Below are positions 13,017 through 25,897 of a DNA stretch of 64,000 bases, one piece after another. This stretch comes from Cystobasidiomycetes sp. EMM_F5 (Eukaryota). Where the stretch lies: assembly GCA_051047955.1 (NCBI GenBank), contig JBPGPT010000005.1, positions 186,001-250,000 of the forward strand. Reading direction: 5' to 3'. The stretch's first letter is position 1. Each line of letters begins with the position of its first letter. The notes below the pieces were generated by a model. It saw only the letters and a program-made list of their open reading frames with translations. It had not been told where the DNA came from and searched no databases. The position numbers and the translations under genes were made by a program.

Positions 13017-16000
13017 TCACCCGGCGATAGAGCTTGTCTCGCTAGCGGTTCCATCGTGGTTGCTCGCCACGCTATGTGGCCGAGCATGCGAAAAGTCCAT
13101 GTCAATAATTTGAACGAGTTCGTGCTTCAAGCCAGAGAAGAGTTCGTCGCCTATGATAACATGTCAGTAAACCCAGATGAGTGCGCGCAGACCTCCACTC
13201 ACCCTCTACAGGCAGCATGCCCTCGAACGTGCTGGAGGACTTCTTGTACAATGTTGATTCGGCGTACTGCTGTAGTGTTTCGTAGGCTTGCGGGAATGGA
13301 ATATGATTTGTTAATACGCTGTGTCAAGAGAGGTAGGTCAGCTCGGAGACCATTGACAGAGCAGAAGTCAAGTACCGTCTAGGTTGAACTGATAATGCGT
13401 GCTTTGCGTCTAGCGATGCGTCTAAAGGTAGGGAGTGTGCACCTTCGCTCAGTGCGATGCGGATCGAGAACTCCTTGGCATCGTTCTTGATGCGTTCATA
13501 CAATTCGAAAGTTATATATGACTGTGAACGATATTTAGCGGGCTCTGCAATAAGCAGCAGAAGCGACGCCTACCATATAATCCAGCTCAGGCAGCTGCGG
13601 CATGACTATAGGAAGGTCTGACAAGAGGACCAAATTGACCAGAGTCTGAATGTGGCTTTCTTTGGTGAAATAGAAAGCGGCATAGCCGGATTCGCTTGTA
13701 CGTGCAGTCTCCAAATCCTCTAGGACTTGTTTCAACAATGGCCAAGATGTGAGCACTCCGATCTGAAGTTTTTCTGCCTTCTCAATACCATACTCGGCAG
13801 GGGCGACTAGTGTTTGACGCGACATTTCAGCACGTCTTCTGGTCATTCGCACGCCAAGAACCTACTATAGTCAAATAAGATCTTGGCTTTCTCGTAAAGC
13901 TCCTTCAGCTTCAGTGGGGCATTAAGTGCTGAAGTGCCGTGCCCAGGTGTGCCATCACCACCATGTAGCGACTCATGTTGTGAGGAAGGTGTAAAAATAG
14001 TTTCCAAGAATATTTGGCTGGATGTAGAAAGTCAGCCAAGGCACTGCCACTAAGAACGCATAGCCCATGAGGCGGCATACTTGTGTAATGCATCATATTT
14101 GATAGAATCGTACAGCTCCGAGATTCGGGACGGGTCAAACTTCTCCGGCTCAACATCGCAGAATTCGACAAAGATCTTGTCCCAGCGCTCCTTCCATAAG
14201 GCGGGATACTCTGAGCAGCACCACCGACTCTGGATGTCCTCAACGTCCAATTTTGCCCAATTCTCCCTCATGACTGTCAGACATATTATCAGCTCGTTTC
14301 GAAGAACCATTACCCGACACCACATACCTTTGCGATGATACCTGAGTAGCTCCACAGTCTCTTGGACGACCTGTTGAGGCTCCACATCCGGTACCCTCCA
14401 GGCCATGGCAAATTCTGGTCTCTTGTACTCGCCCGGACGTAGGAGGACCTTCAAACGCTTCTTAACCGCATCCATTGGCTCTTTGGCAGCATTGGAGTCA
14501 TCCAGCAAGTCTTTTCTGATGGTCATTTGATGCGGCTCCGCCGAAGTATGCGTGGAAGTCTTGTGGTTGAGAAGGGAAGAAGCGTAAATTTCGGCAGTTG
14601 CTATCGCTCGTCGTCTATAATGAAATATCATTAATATTGCTTCCTTCAAACAGAAATCAGCATCCTCACTCTGAACTGCTGCAGATAGACAAGTTGTCTA
14701 GCAAAGAACTGGTGTGCGAAAGGAGCTGTCAACTGCGCACTACTACGGAGCCGGGTCGCTACGTACGGGTTCAGGATGGCATAGTCTTCGCGCATGTTTG
14801 CTCCGAGATCTCGGCTTTGATAGCGACCGGCATGCGTAAACTCTCCACCCCATTTGACTATGATATTCAGCTTTTCACACTTGTCGCCATGGAACGTCGG
14901 CTTGAGCTGCGCTTTTGTGCCTGCTACCCCAATCTTGGCTTGTAGGATTTTGTTTAGCGAAGCCAGCATCTCTTGATCTGCCTCTGGGTGCTGCATTGCT
15001 TCTTTCGCAGCATCGGCAATGAATTGCAACTGCTCATCAGCACGGAGAATTATCTCATCTCGACGACCTTGTAAAAGATCGATGAACGGTGCAGACCATG
15101 ACCAGGAGCCTTTGATGTTGAATTTCAATTTCACTGCGGAGCACATCATCCACGTTTTCAGCAACGAAAGTCCCAATAAACCACTTTGCTTACTCTTGGG
15201 AGTTCGATCCGCATGACGGAATGTGCTGACTGCACCTTTGAGCACCCACGATTTGTCCTTTGCGTTCGGCTCGGCCACTCGGGCTTGCGAAGGGGTCTTC
15301 ATAGGCTTGGGGCGCGCACTCTGATCAGTACAGAAGCGTTCGAGGATCTCTGCACACTTGTCGTAGTAAAAGTCGTTGCCTTTGACGAAGGACCAGCCAT
15401 TCACGTCAATGACATAAGATTTGCCATTCGCCCTGAGCAGATCGAAACCACAGACGTTTTGCCTAAAGGCCGTCGCAATCTTGGAAGCCATGTCCTTCTC
15501 GTCGTCTGTCAGCTCAGTCACGTATCGCAACTCCTTTCCGTCAGTATTTCTCCTGACTACTCCGTCCACTGCTGGCGATTTGCGAGTTTCTGCATGCACA
15601 AAGTGCGGTCCAAGCGTGTACGCCTTGATATCTTCGGCATTCTCGACGTCCATGAACTGCTCGTAGACAAAGGAGCCGTCGGTTCGTGGCAGGGACAGAT
15701 CAGGATCGAGTTCAGACGATTTGTTGCCAATCTTGCGGAAAAGTCGCCGTCCACCACCACCTCGCTTGGATGAATAGTAGATATACACATTGTGATCTTC
15801 ACCGGAAGCCGGCTTCTCCACAAAGGGTTTATGGATGACCTTTCCGCCCGCTTCAACCTTGTCTTCGTCATACGTCAACTGAGACTTCGGCCGCGGTGCA
15901 TCCAGTCGTATACCTAGATCGCGGAAGACAATGTCTGACAATCTCTTGTCTATGGCCGGTCCTCCGTCTCGATCGACTTCGATTCTAGGCGGAGTGCGAA

Positions 16001-16552
16001 CGCCGATATGGTCGAGTATGGCCAGAACTACTCGACGATCCCAGAAAACCTTTTGCATGGAGAGGTCATTGATGCATATCGGGTTGCGGAGATGGACCTG
16101 TAGGGTAGTAATAAGCATAATGGCTGCACGAACGTGTGTGCCACGAATATCTTCATGGCTACTAGCAGAGTCGATGAGAACCTTACATATCGGATTGCCT
16201 TGTCAAGAGGGAATCCGTCGGAATGGAAGCTGAGAAGGAAATCGCAGAGTGGCCAATTCTCCACATCTTCATCGAGTATACATTTATCGCCAAAGATCAT
16301 TATCTCAAACTTTCCGGAAGCCAGGAGGCGCGATAGAATATTGCGCATTGGTTTACTGCGAGCTTTGCGGTCCATTGCGCACACTCCGAGCTTCATTTGC
16401 TTTGGCTTTGGCTGCTTGTCGCTGCTGGGCACTGGCGAGTTTGGCATTGATAGTCCGTCGCGCGGAGTTCGGATTGAGCTGTCAGAAGACTTGGAAACGG
16501 CTGACGGAGTACCATCGTTGGCCGCTCGTACGCCGTCGGTCTGTATGGACAT
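13017..16552 (-). CDS. VIP1: Inositol hexakisphosphate/diphosphoinositol-pentakisphosphate kinase (Vip1/Asp1/PPIP5K)
   Basis: [22 protein letters not shown]-grasp motifs [19 protein letters not shown] and VCGFDLLR...[10 protein letters not shown]; phosphatase-domain [26 protein letters not shown]. Confidence 0.96.
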
Positions 16553-16714
16553 GACTGTGTGTCTGTATGCATAAAATGCAGATTTGGCTCACTTTCAAGC
16601 CCGATATGGCCCTGATGACCCAATTACCGGCTGGTGACCGTCGTTGTTTACACTGTCCCAAGTCTTTTGTTTTTCAAATATCCGCCATGTTAATCTGAAC
16701 ATTCTCTGCAGTCT
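16553..16714. promoter_or_regulatory. Short bidirectional promoter region (VIP1 / PYM-like gene)
   Basis: About 162 bp between divergent start codons. Confidence 0.5.
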
Positions 16715-18378
16715 ATGACTGACTCTGTCATTGCGGCTCTGCGCAGTCCGTCGCTGGCAGGCATCGTCAGCGATCCGGTCGACACGGCTAAGCGAATTGT
16801 GCCGTCTAGCGTTAGGCCGGATGGCAGGTACGATACTGGGATATTGCAGCAGGGTTCAATGTCTAGCTGATACGTTCTCCCTTTACTAGCGTGCGGAAAG
16901 AACGGCATGTAAAAGCCGGGTTTGTGCCCGCTGAAGATGTTGCGCGATACCGCGCAGGACAAGGGAAGCTACGAGATCAACTCGCCCATGCAAAAGAAAG
17001 GCATGAAGCACCTTCGTCTCCTTCGCCGATAGGCTCAGCCAGTATACATGTCCCATCAGCCAGCGGCATCAAGGTCAAATCGCCATCCGACTTTGTGCCC
17101 AAGGACAAACCTATGTACCCTCGCTTCGAGAAGAAGCACAACAAGAACAACAGCTCGACATCTGGAATGCCAGCGGATATCGTGTCTAAGATGACCATTG
17201 CGGAATCGACACCGGCAGTTCCGGCCATTCCAACAACAACGGTCGCCCCAGCCACACCCACAGCCAGTCAAGCGATCAGTACCTTCTCTAGCGGCACAGC
17301 AAAATCTCGATGGGCAACTGCGCCTGCTGACCCTCCCGTGCCGAAGAGCCCGCGACAGCCTTCTCCGGCTCGCTCTGCAACTTCCGCCCGCTCAAGCACA
17401 AGCACGCATGTCCAGGTAATCAGAACCCAACCAAGTGTGCATCACAAAAACAGTGAACACGAAGGCTCCGACGAAAGATTGACCTTGCAGCCGTCGAAAA
17501 GCACGCCTTCTGGCACCTCCGCTCTGTTGGATAGAATGGGCCCAATTCCAGTACAGACGGACGGCGATGCAGCATCCGTTGACACTATACCGATAGACAA
17601 GCTATCTCTTGATCAAGCGGATACACCGACTGCTAATGGCAGTAGGCGCGGGGAAAGAGGCAGCCGTCGGGGTGGTCGAGCACGCGGCGCGAATGCAGGG
17701 TCAGATGGTCAACTAAGATCGGATAGAGCAAGCCACCCAACAAGGTCACAAGCGCCTAGCTCTCACAAAGCACCAGCCTTGACTTCAGCGGTTCGTGACT
17801 CACCTGGGCCTACCGTCGTACAGCGCGAGTACAGCCCAAGCCTGGAACTGCCGGACCTGAGCAGCGCTGGGGATTGGTGGGAAGAGGACACGCCAGACGA
17901 TCTTCCACCGAGGAGACGGACAAGCGTCGGCAACGTCTTATCGCGACGTCAATCGGAACTGACGGGTCAAACGACTTCTGGCGAAGCAGACGTTGGCGGC
18001 GCCATTGCTGCATTACAAAACCTCGAACTGGTAACCGAAGGCTACTCTACGCAAGAGGCATCTCGATATGCGAGCCCAGTGAGGGCTGGCAGCGATGAAA
18101 ATGTAACTGCTCAAAAGACAGCAGCGCTACCTCCACAACCAATCGAAAACCTCCTTCAACAAAGTCTCTCTGATATCCAGAGTCAAGTGTATACCATTTC
18201 CAACGATCTTCGCGTACTTCGTTTTTCTTCGTCGCACCTTTCCAAAACAGATCAAGCGCGGGTGCAAGCGCTGCAAGCAGAGATGAACCAGCTTCGACAA
18301 GCAGTTGGGAGTGTGTATCAAGAGATTGAAGAAGCTTGGGCGGACGCCACTGCTGCAACTACGGATGACGAGCTCTGA
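16715..18378 (+). CDS. PYM1: PYM/WIBG family protein (partner of Y14-Mago) with long low-complexity and coiled-coil extension
   Basis: Splicing across the intron at ~16828-16889 gives KRIVPSSVRPDGSVRKERHVKAGFVPAEDVARY, the Mago-binding signature. Confidence 0.8.
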
Positions 18379-19219
18379 GACGAGTGAATGAGGTCTACTC
18401 ATACTTTTATTTATTTGATGATGTCGATAGCGTCGTGTGTAGTACTTAGTTCAGCTGTAGTCAGTGCATTTCCCTTGTTGTGTACATAATACCGACGCCT
18501 GAATAAAGCTAGTCAGCTATCCAGCTAGATCTCCGCATCGCCCCACTACAAGTCGTGCCTTCAAACACGATTACGTAAGCAGATAGCGGGAAAATATCCG
18601 ATTAAAAAAATTGCAGGATTGGCAGCAAGGACGAGGTATAATAAGTTCTATACAAAGCCAGGGCTCGTTGACCAATACATGATCCGTACTTCGCTATGCT
18701 CTAGGCTTCCCTTAAAAACGCAAATACCAGAGTGGTACGACTAGACATGTCTTTCAGAGTGTCAGCGCTCGAGATCACAGAGCGAGACGAGCGTCAGTCG
18801 CTAGGTATCAAGTGTTCGAGCAGCAGAAACTGTTACTATGTTTCAGTGATACAACGATGCCACGCAGGCCCGCTTCTCCGACCACACCAACGAGCTGAGA
18901 AGCCATCGACGTGATTGGAAAAGAACGGATGCATGGGAGACTTGAGAGCAGCACAGCAATTGGGCACGTATGTGTGTATATATGTGTGTGCGTAGTGCGT
19001 GAACTGTATAAGTGTAAAAGGTAGGAGGGTGAGAACGAGTACTAGCACAAAAGAGGTACTGCGACTAAGAACGAGGCGGAAGAAGAGCCATTTGCAAGAT
19101 GCAAACCTTAATTGCAGAGTGAATGAGAGAAATGTTATGTAATGATGTTGCGTTTCTAAAGAGAAAGAGGGGTAATTGTCCATGTTTGTTTCTTTTGCAC
19201 GCGTCTCCAATCTCCCCGC

Positions 19220-20991
19220 TTAGGCAACAATGGCAAAGCCGACAAGGCCAGCTACGACTGCCATGAGGGAGCCGAGGACTGTCGTTCTTGATGCGCTAGA
19301 TGGCTTGGTCGTCGTAGGAGCGACAAGTTGGGACGCACCGGTAGCTGCGCCATTATTGTTGATGCCGGATGTGACGACTGGTGCGCCAGTGGTGGTAGCG
19401 AGAACAGACGTAGAAGACACGGCGGTAGTAGAGGTAGTTTGAGTCGCGCGAACAGCATTTGCGGAAATGTTACCGATCGTCAAGATCTGAGTAGATTGGT
19501 TGTTGGCCAGTGCGGCGAGGATAGAGGGACTGTATGCACCCGAGGCGTTAGAAGCGAGGAACGAATTGATAATCTTGAGATCAATCGTGTTTTGGCCACC
19601 GCAGCGTTGGACATTGGCCCAGTAAAAGTAGTGGTCTTGGGTAGAGTTTGATCCTACATTGTTTGATCGTTGCGCGCCCGGTCGGCAGGCAGGATCCGTG
19701 CCGTCAACATCGTCCCAGCAGATTTGCCAGTTTGGCGAGTAGGTAGTACCATTGATGCCCCAATAGTAGAATGTAGTACCAGCATGGGCATAGTTTGGTC
19801 CAGATGGGATCTTGTCGACGTAAATGTCGTTCGCAAAGATACCGCGTTCACCAGCCTCGCCATTGAAACGGTAGTTGTACCAGTCTACACCAGCCTTGTT
19901 GAACGTGCGCGGGGTACCTGCAAATCCCTCGTGAGTTCCAACGCACTCTTTGTCACTGGGCATTTGGCACACTCACCATAGTTGTGCGAGTACCACGCAA
20001 TATCCTGCTGATTAAAGTCTACCGAAGCAATGAGGGCGTGCATGCCACCCAGACCGTGACCGGTAATGGAAAAGACTAGACCCTGTCCGTAATAGGCGTT
20101 TCGGGTCTTTTCAAAGTCATTCGTCTGGGCACGAGCTTCATTGTATCCTTGCGCTGCAAACGCATTGACCGTGCAGCCCGGGCAGGCTTTACCGAGGTCG
20201 GCAGTAATATTTCCCCACGACACGACTTGGGTGGGCAGGTACTCTTCATACGCGTGGTTGCCTCGGAACACCATCAGTACCTTGTTCATTTCCTGAGGTG
20301 TTGCATGCGTCAGTCGGTTGCGGCACACTCGTAAAGGCAATCACATACTGGCACCACTGCACTAAAACCCTCTGCACCACTCGCAGTTGGACCCCATGTT
20401 TCGACCAGCGTCCATGGAGCTCTGGGAGAGTTTGGAAAGTTTTTGCGCTTTGATGCTTCGGTAAATGTCTGGTTTGGGCACCAGTAGTTGTAGTCGCCAT
20501 AGCTGCAGTCGACAAGAACAATCCAGAAACGAGAAGAATGAATCAAGTGCCAGACATGTACACATCGACATGTCGCATTATCACGATATGCGGCAACGGC
20601 GTACAAGGTCCGAGCGCGATGTCGATGGGATGCGCAGACCATAAAATGTCGATCACAATTCCGAAGACGGAGGATGGGAGGGCACGAGCGTCAGCAGGAC
20701 GATGCAAGCAAAGACGAGAAGAAGCAAGCAGCTGCACCGACTTACGCAGACATGGACAGGATTTGACTGGGTGGTAATGTCGTGGTCTCAGCTGCGCGTT
20801 TTGGCGAAGATAAGGTATTAAATTAAGACTCACTGGTACATGTTGTGCCAGTAGCCGTCCGGAGTGAGGTTGTGCGTCTGGCCGTACTGGGCGGCTACTC
20901 GAGGCACGCCTGCGCCGAGCATGACGAGGGCTGCTGCTGCTGCCGTTGCTGCCATCTTTTGCTGACTGGGTCTGTGGGTTGAGTGCGACAT
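19220..20991 (-). CDS. Class-3-lipase-fold protein lacking the nucleophile Ser (GHGLGG), predicted GPI-anchored
   Basis: Signal peptide ending VAA-Q, VLMVFRG, SITGHGLGG, NYGTPR, NDIYVDKIP, QDHYFYW. Ser/Thr-rich stalk and hydrophobic tail VLGSLMAVVAGLVGFAIVA*. Five exons including a 21-nt exon. Confidence 0.85.
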
Positions 20992-22151
20992 GGCGAGCGA
21001 AGAGAGCGGGCTGGCTGGCAAAGAGTGCTGTTATCGAGTGGAGAGGCTACGAGTGAACCGTACAGCACGTCAACGAGAAATGGCTGTCGCGCAGCAGACT
21101 GTCAACCGTTCTAGCTGCTGACGGTGCGTTCCGTTCCAACCGACGCCAGACACGAAAGAGAGGGTGTCGCCGTAGACTCGACGGGGTGTGTAGGTGTACG
21201 TGGGGGCGGTGTCTGCTGATGATGCTATTTGCGTGGGTTGCACCTTCTGTTTTTGGGTAGTTGGGATGTCAAGCTGCACCGCTGCGAATTGTTCCTTTTC
21301 AAGCTGCCAGCCGGCTGCGAGCTTGGCGAAGTCGAGTGATCGAAGTGCTGGGCGAGGTGCAAGAGTCGGTCAACGACTGAAAAGCATGCGTGCTCAGAGC
21401 TCATCAAAACGATGGGAGTATTTACTTTGTGTAGTATCTACATACTCTGCTCGTTTGTTTCAATCTGCCATCACAACTGCTCGTCAATTTGGTAATCATT
21501 CGCCGCCACTCTCGCGATACTGGCAGTTATCGAGTATGCAAGCATACAAACGAGTACATGCGCAGACTGCTGTCACCATCGTCTGCATGCAGCTGCTACA
21601 GTATGTACTTGTGTGTGCCGCTCGCACCATCCTCCCATGACGTCGCCTTTGTTTGTCTCGTTTCTCGCCTTGGCTTGCTGCGCGAGTCTTTCACAACTCA
21701 TCGAGGCATGTCACACACCTCTAACCGAAAAAACAGCTCTTGGTCAACTAGTGTTAACTTGTCAAGCACAACTAAGAAGGCTCGTGTTTGGCTTTGTTCG
21801 TGAAACCTTCGCATTCCCACTTCGGGCTTCATTCAGTCGTCACTCAAGCCAGACTCTGACATCGAAAGACGTTCCATGCACCCATCAAACCGCTTCAATT
21901 TTTCATCTGTATTCCTCCTAGCTAGACGTTTCATATCTGTTTGTGTATGTACTCTCTACTCTGCATTAAGGATAGACCGGTAAAAAGTGTCCGTAGTGAA
22001 TGTGCCATGTATGAAACTATGTACGAGTGAGAGGAATCCATGAATGTATGATAATGTGCCATGTATGCGCGAATCAACGAATGAAAAGAGAACAGAAGTT
22101 GCAGCAGAATAAACATGACGCCCTTTTGATTCTACCTCCTCCCACACTCGC

Positions 22152-23657
22152 TCAGTACCCTCTCGACGAGGATGAAGCAGCATACGTCGGGGTGACGTAG
22201 CTGGTCGAGTAGCGGGTAGACGTCCGGGTCTGGACGTAAAAGGAGGTGGAGGTGGAAGGTGTAGGAGCGGGACCCTGCGTCGATCCGTAGTAGTACGGGC
22301 CAGTGTAGATGGACGAAGCGTACGCGACAGCTGCGCTAATCTTTGAGTTGACAAACGGCTGGGGTACGGCCGAAGCGGCATTGGACGTCAAGAAGGCATT
22401 GACAATCGTAGTGTCGATCGTATTGGGTCCGCCGCACTCGCCGACGTTGGCCCAGTAAAAGTAGTGATCCTGGTCGGGAGTCGTGTTGTTACGGTTCGAG
22501 ATCTGAGCACCCGGTCGGCAAGCTGGATCAGAGCCATCCTGATCGTCCCAGCAGATCTGCCAGTTCGGGTTGTTGTTGGTAGAGTTGGTGCCCCAGTAGT
22601 AGAATGTAGTACCAGCGTGCGCATAGTTTGGTCCAGACGGAATCTTGTCGACATAGGTGTCGTTGGCAAATAGACCACGTTCACCTGCCTCGCCGTTGAA
22701 GCGCTGGTTGTACCAGTTGACACCAGCTGGGTTGAATGTTCGTGGAGTACCGTAGTTGTGCGAGTACCACGCGATATCTTGCTGATTGTAGTCGACCGAC
22801 GCGAGCAGTGCGTGCATACCGCCTAGACCGTGACCAGTGATGGAGAAGACAAGTCCAGCACCATAGTAGGCATTTCGAGTGATTTGCCAATTGTTTGTCG
22901 CGTTACGAGCCTCGAGGTAGCCTTGTACGGCATAACGATTTGCAGTGCACGATGGGCACGCCTGGCCGAGACCAGGGGTGATCTGACTCCAAGGGACGAC
23001 GTCCAATGGGATATTTTGCTCACGAGCGTAGTTGCCTCGGAATACAAAAAGCACCTTGTTCATTTCTGGCACGACGGCAGAGAAACCTTCGCAGCCAGTT
23101 GCCGTTGGACCCCATTGCTCGAGGATGGTCCATGGTGGACGTTGCGAATTAGGAAAGTTCTTGATCTTTTCGGCTTGAGTGAAGGTCTGAACGGGGCAGG
23201 TGGTGGCATAATCTCCGTATCTGTGCAATCAAGCGTTAGAAGACACTTTTGGGCTGTGCAGTTCCAGCGCCAACTCACGCAGCCATAGCCAGGAGTTGAC
23301 TGTAGGAGACGCACAAGCACACAAAGTACACATGTCAGCATTCATATTCAACACCTGCAACCACGGAAGCGGGGGATCCGCAGTCTCACGGGAGTGGCAA
23401 CTCTCCGTGCTCGTGCTTGGCCTCAGATTTTTTGGGTGAGATAGCGGGACCGAGAAGAAGAAGGAAGAGTGGGAAAGGCGAACAGGAGTAGAAGCCATAC
23501 AAGATAATGCAACTCACTGGTATCTGTTGTGCCAGTAGCCATCGGGAGTGAGATTCCGGGTCTGGTTGTACTGGGCTGACGCTGGAGCGGCAATCAGTGC
23601 AGCCGCAGCTGCGACAACGAGCACGCTCGAAGCGGTAGAGCGAGACGAGGAGCGCAT
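22152..23657 (-). CDS. Class-3-lipase-fold protein lacking the nucleophile Ser (GHGLGG), predicted secreted; tandem paralog
   Basis: Signal peptide ending ASA-Q, VLFVFRG, SITGHGLGG, NYGTPR, NDTYVDKIP, QDHYFYW. Ser/Thr/Tyr-rich tail with no hydrophobic end. Three exons. Confidence 0.85.
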
Positions 23658-24268
23658 GTTGGGAAGATGTTGGAGTGTGCGAGGTTGGGATGGTTCTTCG
23701 ACGAGAGCAGAGAAAAGCAGAGCAGGTCCTTCGAGCACACCGCCCTAATTCGTGCAAACGACGTATAAAGTGGTGGCGATGACGATCGAGGGGAGTCCCA
23801 AGAAGGACTTTGAGGAAGCGAGGATTATGTCGATGAGCGTCGTGGTGCAGAAGCAGAGCAGAGCAGCAATGTAGGATAGCTCGTTGCAGCAATACCCAAA
23901 TTATCACTTCTTCCCTCACTCTTCCGAATCAAGAAATTTTGCATCCTCGTGCTCTGATCTCGAGCGACAAGTGCTTGGCTTTTTTACCCGTTTACGCCAT
24001 CTTCTTAAAACACCCAAGAGCATTCGCAGCTACTCATGGTAAAACATCGCATTGTACTGCTTGCGCTCAATCGCTGTTACGTCGCGAGAAAAGGTAAGTT
24101 AGAAAGGACGGCTGAATTTTCTCATGAAACGTGGGCAAGTCTGAAGATGACCAAAAAGTGAAGTACGACTGTTTGTATTTTGACGACTTTGCCCGGACTA
24201 TGACAGACCATACTCCATACCCCCAGTGTATGCCGCCCGGGTTAGGCATGGGTCAGGCTAGCACTCCG

Positions 24269-25640
24269 TTAAATCTTCCAGCCAGACTTTTCATGCTCCG
24301 CCAGACTCTGCGACATGTCGACAAGAGTCTGCTTGAGCGATTTGTACTGCATCCCCAATACCTTCTTTGATTTGGCTGCGTCGAGAACTAGTGGGATTTC
24401 GAAAGATCATTCAGTCTGATGCTCAAAGCAGCTCCTTTCAAACTCACCGCTCTGATCTTCCAGCTTGTCTGCGCCAGTCTCGCCCTTTGGCAGCTTTGGC
24501 CAGTCCTTCATGACCTGATCATCGCCGTAGACCTCGTCCAGACACAGCTGCCACGTGTAGGGCTGGTTTGATATGGCAAATCGCTGATTACCAGCTTCTT
24601 CTACCGTAATGGCCTGAACATGCGCATGTGCTAGATCTCGCACATCGACTTCGTTACTCTGCGGTCCTTTGGCTTGGGAGCCCTCCTTCTGTCCGCTGAT
24701 CCAGCTGTACCATCCGGCGACGGATGTGTTGAGCTTCTTTGGCGAGTCAATCTGTAATGACATCCATATTTATCAGCCTCCTGTGCGAAGAGGATGCAGA
24801 TTTCCTCGTCACGGCACTCACTTGATGCTCGATAGGTCCGAGGACCAAAGGCGGGCATAGCGTAACCAAATCCCATTTGGGCTTGTTGTCCTCCACGAAC
24901 TTCCATGCTGCACGCTCAGCCAGTGTCTTTGAGGCTCTGTAAGCATCGGGTGGAGAGACATCTTTGCCCTTCGACTCGAGTTGCTTGATTGAGTATTCAT
25001 TCCAATCCTTCTCCGAGCGGGTGTTGGGAACGGGTGCAGATCCGTCCATAATGCTAGCGTAAGAAGATGTGACGACGATACGCTTGACGTTGTGTCCATT
25101 CTTCTGTACGGCTTTAAGTACCGAGAGTGTTCCATTTACTGCGGGACTGGATGCAGTTGAGAATTTCAGACCAACGATGCTGCGAATGCATGATGGAATC
25201 ATACTCACTCGATGAGGTCCTTGTACGGATCTGTGACGTTGAAATGGAAAGGACTGGCAGTGTGCTCTACTGCATCAACATCCATTACCGCCTCGTCAAA
25301 ACCGCCATCGTGTTCAAGGTCTTCAACGATGACATAGTCAAAGTCCTTCGGGAACTTCTTCTTGAGGAACTCGCCCTTGTCTGATCTGCAATGATGTCCC
25401 AAAAAACGAATTGATCTTCAGACGATGCTTACGGACAGCAGTCTGGCGAGCCCGACTCACGAGCGTACAGTGCCGCGAACCTTGAAGCCTCTGTTGAGTA
25501 GCTCTGTGTCCCAATTCGCAAAACTTAGAGGGTGTTGCTTGAGTCTTTCTCTTCGAACGCTTACCTATGATGACGTTCACTGCAATATAGCCCGACGCGC
25601 CGGTAACCAGAACGAGGGATCCTGGTTTCACTGACGGCAT
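24269..25640 (-). CDS. NAD(P)-dependent epimerase/dehydratase family aldehyde reductase (Gre2/Ari1/ARII-like)
   Basis: VLVTGASGYIA, HTASPFHF, PAVNGT, VVTSSYAS, YRASKTLAE (YxxxK), VDVRDLAHAH; last exon ends EKSGWKI*. Confidence 0.92.
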
Positions 25641-25897
25641 GCTGCGATGGAGTGATTTCAGGCTATGCACAATCAAAAGAAAGTCGCAGTGTGAGCAGCC
25701 AGGAGATGAGCCGCCTGTGCGAAGCCGTGCCGACACCTGGTACCATGTACGGACAATTTCTCGATTCAATTACCCGGGGTTGCGCAATACTGTAGTAGGT
25801 TCTTCAGAAGCTATCGCGAGCTATGCATAATCCCACTTTCCAAGCCCTCACATACAGGATTGACGACTCATCAACATTATATATCTCAAACACGTTG

